Assembly (NCBI GenBank): GCA_017484205.1
Contig: JAFUTO010000032.1
Coordinates: 77,027-141,026 of the forward strand
From: Bacilli bacterium
Lineage (GTDB): Bacteria > Bacillota_I > Bacilli_A > RF39 > UBA660
Direction of reading: 5' to 3'
Length of the DNA stretch: 64,000 bases
Positions 62,859-64,000 of the stretch are shown here, in pieces (the first letter of the stretch is position 1; every line of letters begins with the position of its first letter). The notes beneath the pieces were generated by a model. It was not told the DNA's origin and did not search any database. It worked only from the letters and a program-made list of their open reading frames with translations. The translations under genes and the position numbers were made by a program.

Positions 62859-64000
62859 TTACTTTCTTTTTTTCTTTTTCATTAATGATATAGCTATTGC
62901 TATTGCTCCAGCTAATGATACTCCTCCAATTACTAAATATAGAGTTTTATTATTTTCGTATCCTGTTTGAACTCCATTATCAATTTGAACTACTGGTAAT
63001 AATGTATCTTGATATTTAATGCTATAAAGTAAATCTTCATCAGTTTCAACTAATTTATCATTAATAAATAATCCTTCGTCATTTAAAGTTATTTTTACTA
63101 TTTCAGATGAAATTGCATATCCTTCAGGAGCTTCATATTCACTTGCATACCAACTTCCGTAGTAAATAGGAATTAATGCTGTTCCATCTTCAGTATTTGC
63201 TTTATAAGTATCTACTACTTCTTCACATTTTTCATCTTTACATAGTCTAAATGAAAAATCTTTACTAATGATATTTTCTAAAGTTTTATCATCAACTTTA
63301 TTAATTAAAACATAATTCTTTATAGCTTCATTAAATATCTTTTCAGAATTTGAAATTTTTTCTATATTTTGTCCTTTATATTTTGTATCAACAGATATTT
63401 TTTCTTCGTTTTTGTAATATCCATTTAATTCTTTTTCTTCACTTATTTCAAAATAAGTTTCATCATCAAATGATAATGGAAGATCTGCATTAAATACATA
63501 TTTACCTTTGCTATCTGTTGTACCTACTTCTATTACATCTCCTGCCTTAACTAATACTTCTCCATCATAAGATAGAATATCTTTAATTGCTTTTAAATTA
63601 AAAATAACACCTTCAAGTGGTGTTTCTCTATCTAAATCTAATTTTGTTAAATTTAATTCTACTTTTTGTCTTTCATTAGTTATTGAAAGTGTTTCTACTA
63701 TAATTGGTGTAACATTATCTTTAAATTCTAAATTTATTTTATATTTATTTGTATCAACTATCATTCCACGAGGAGCTTCATATTCATAGGCAACATATTT
63801 TCCAAGTGGAAGCTCTTTTGATAGAGCATCAGCTTCACAAGTTGTAGTTACTTTATCAACTATCTCACCTTTTTTGTAAATAATAGAACCATCAGCTACA
63901 TCAATTATATCTTCATCTGCTTGAATATATACAGTCATACCAGCTAGGCATTTTTCTTCATAAACAAATTTAGTGTTTCCGTTTTCATCTTTTTTAACTC
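62859..64000 (-). CDS. cell-wall-anchored adhesin with SpaA/Cna-B-like domains, C-terminal part (ORF open to the right window edge)
   Basis: Repeated YEAP.G(Y/M) motifs (YEAPRGMIVD, YEAPEGYAIS) typical of isopeptide/prealbumin-fold domains. C-terminal sorting signal GVQTG plus hydrophobic segment plus KKKKRK. The frame has no stop between 63938 and 64000. Confidence 0.7.
   Translation of the reverse strand, partial: VKKDENGNTKFVYEEKCLAGMTVYIQADEDIIDVADGSIIYKKGEIVDKVTTTCEADALSKELPLGKYVAYEYEAPRGMIVDTNKYKINLEFKDNVTPIIVETLSITNERQKVELNLTKLDLDRETPLEGVIFNLKAIKDILSYDGEVLVKAGDVIEVGTTDSKGKYVFNADLPLSFDDETYFEISEEKELNGYYKNEEKISVDTKYKGQNIEKISNSEKIFNEAIKNYVLINKVDDKTLENIISKDFSFRLCKDEKCEEVVDTYKANTEDGTALIPIYYGSWYASEYEAPEGYAISSEIVKITLNDEGLFINDKLVETDEDLLYSIKYQDTLLPVVQIDNGVQTGYENNKTLYLVIGGVSLAGAIAIAISLMKKKKRK

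Larger units (their letters stand above)
24440..64000. mobile_element. integrative conjugative element (ICE), left junction in serS, right end beyond the window
   Basis: The serine recombinase sits at the junction. The element also carries a relaxase with MobC-like protein and candidate oriT, T4CP, VirB4-like ATPase, PrgI/VirB3-like, VirB6-like and Maff2-like proteins, a CHAP hydrolase, primase, ArdC, SSB, methyltransferase, sortase and adhesins. All are on the minus strand. No capsid or terminase genes. Confidence 0.8.

Noticed and set aside
1-64000. Mollicutes-type genetic code (TGA = Trp), suggested by the extreme AT richness.
   Set aside because: Conserved Trp positions are TGG. TGA terminates several ORFs exactly at ATGA overlaps with the next gene, and standard-code ORFs are full length.
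24440-64000. The inserted element being a prophage (serine integrase, SSB, primase, methyltransferase, many small acidic ORFs).
   Set aside because: No terminase, portal, capsid, tail or lysis genes are present in 39.5 kb. A relaxase, T4CP, VirB4 and other T4SS parts are present instead.
1-64000. tRNA, rRNA, tmRNA, group II intron, retron or DGR-type elements.
   Set aside because: I could not find any cloverleaf-like GC-rich 70-90-nt segment, rRNA-like region or reverse-transcriptase ORF by eye. The only GC-enriched non-coding stretches are the T-box and L20 leaders, the three mini-units at 20.9-21.3 kb and the oriT-like region.

Overview
Very AT-rich Firmicutes-type sequence (standard code 11, sporulation genes present) in two parts. 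Part 1 (1 to about 24.4 kb) is core chromosome. It holds ileS with a T-box leader, divIVA, sepF, the infC-rpmI-rplT operon with an L20-type attenuator, efp, and an rpmG gene missing from the ORF track. It also holds a class B PBP, nfo, spoIIP, rpsT, an orphan histidine kinase with Spo0A-box-like repeats, a SEDS protein, two pseudopilins, rpmF-yceD, tmcAL, mutM and xth. Two accessory spots interrupt this core. One is a five-gene insertion (14852-19651) between yceD-rpmF and tmcAL: an HTH protein, a 126-aa protein, a decayed Pol III alpha/PHP-like protein, a beta-CASP MBL nuclease and a PD-(D/E)xK nuclease. The other is a 476-bp gap holding three consensus-promoter/hairpin/T-run mini transcription units. 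Part 2 (about 24.44 kb to the right edge, at least 39.5 kb) is an integrative conjugative element inserted into the 3-prime end of serS by a large serine recombinase. It carries a MOB module with a candidate oriT, a Firmicutes-type T4SS, a primase, a sortase B with surface proteins, and two blocks of small accessory genes. The most unusual signal is that about 23 otherwise unrelated accessory proteins end in a shared acidic C-terminal tail (EEEIEK, EVEEDLEIE, EQEMDEIEY, ELER). These include the ICE SSB, ArdC, an orphan methyltransferase, a HAD nucleotidase and a serine-to-aspartate resolvase-like protein. The tails are encoded by 20-33-nt gene-end sequences repeated verbatim at different gene junctions. 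All family assignments come from motif recognition by eye; no database search was run.
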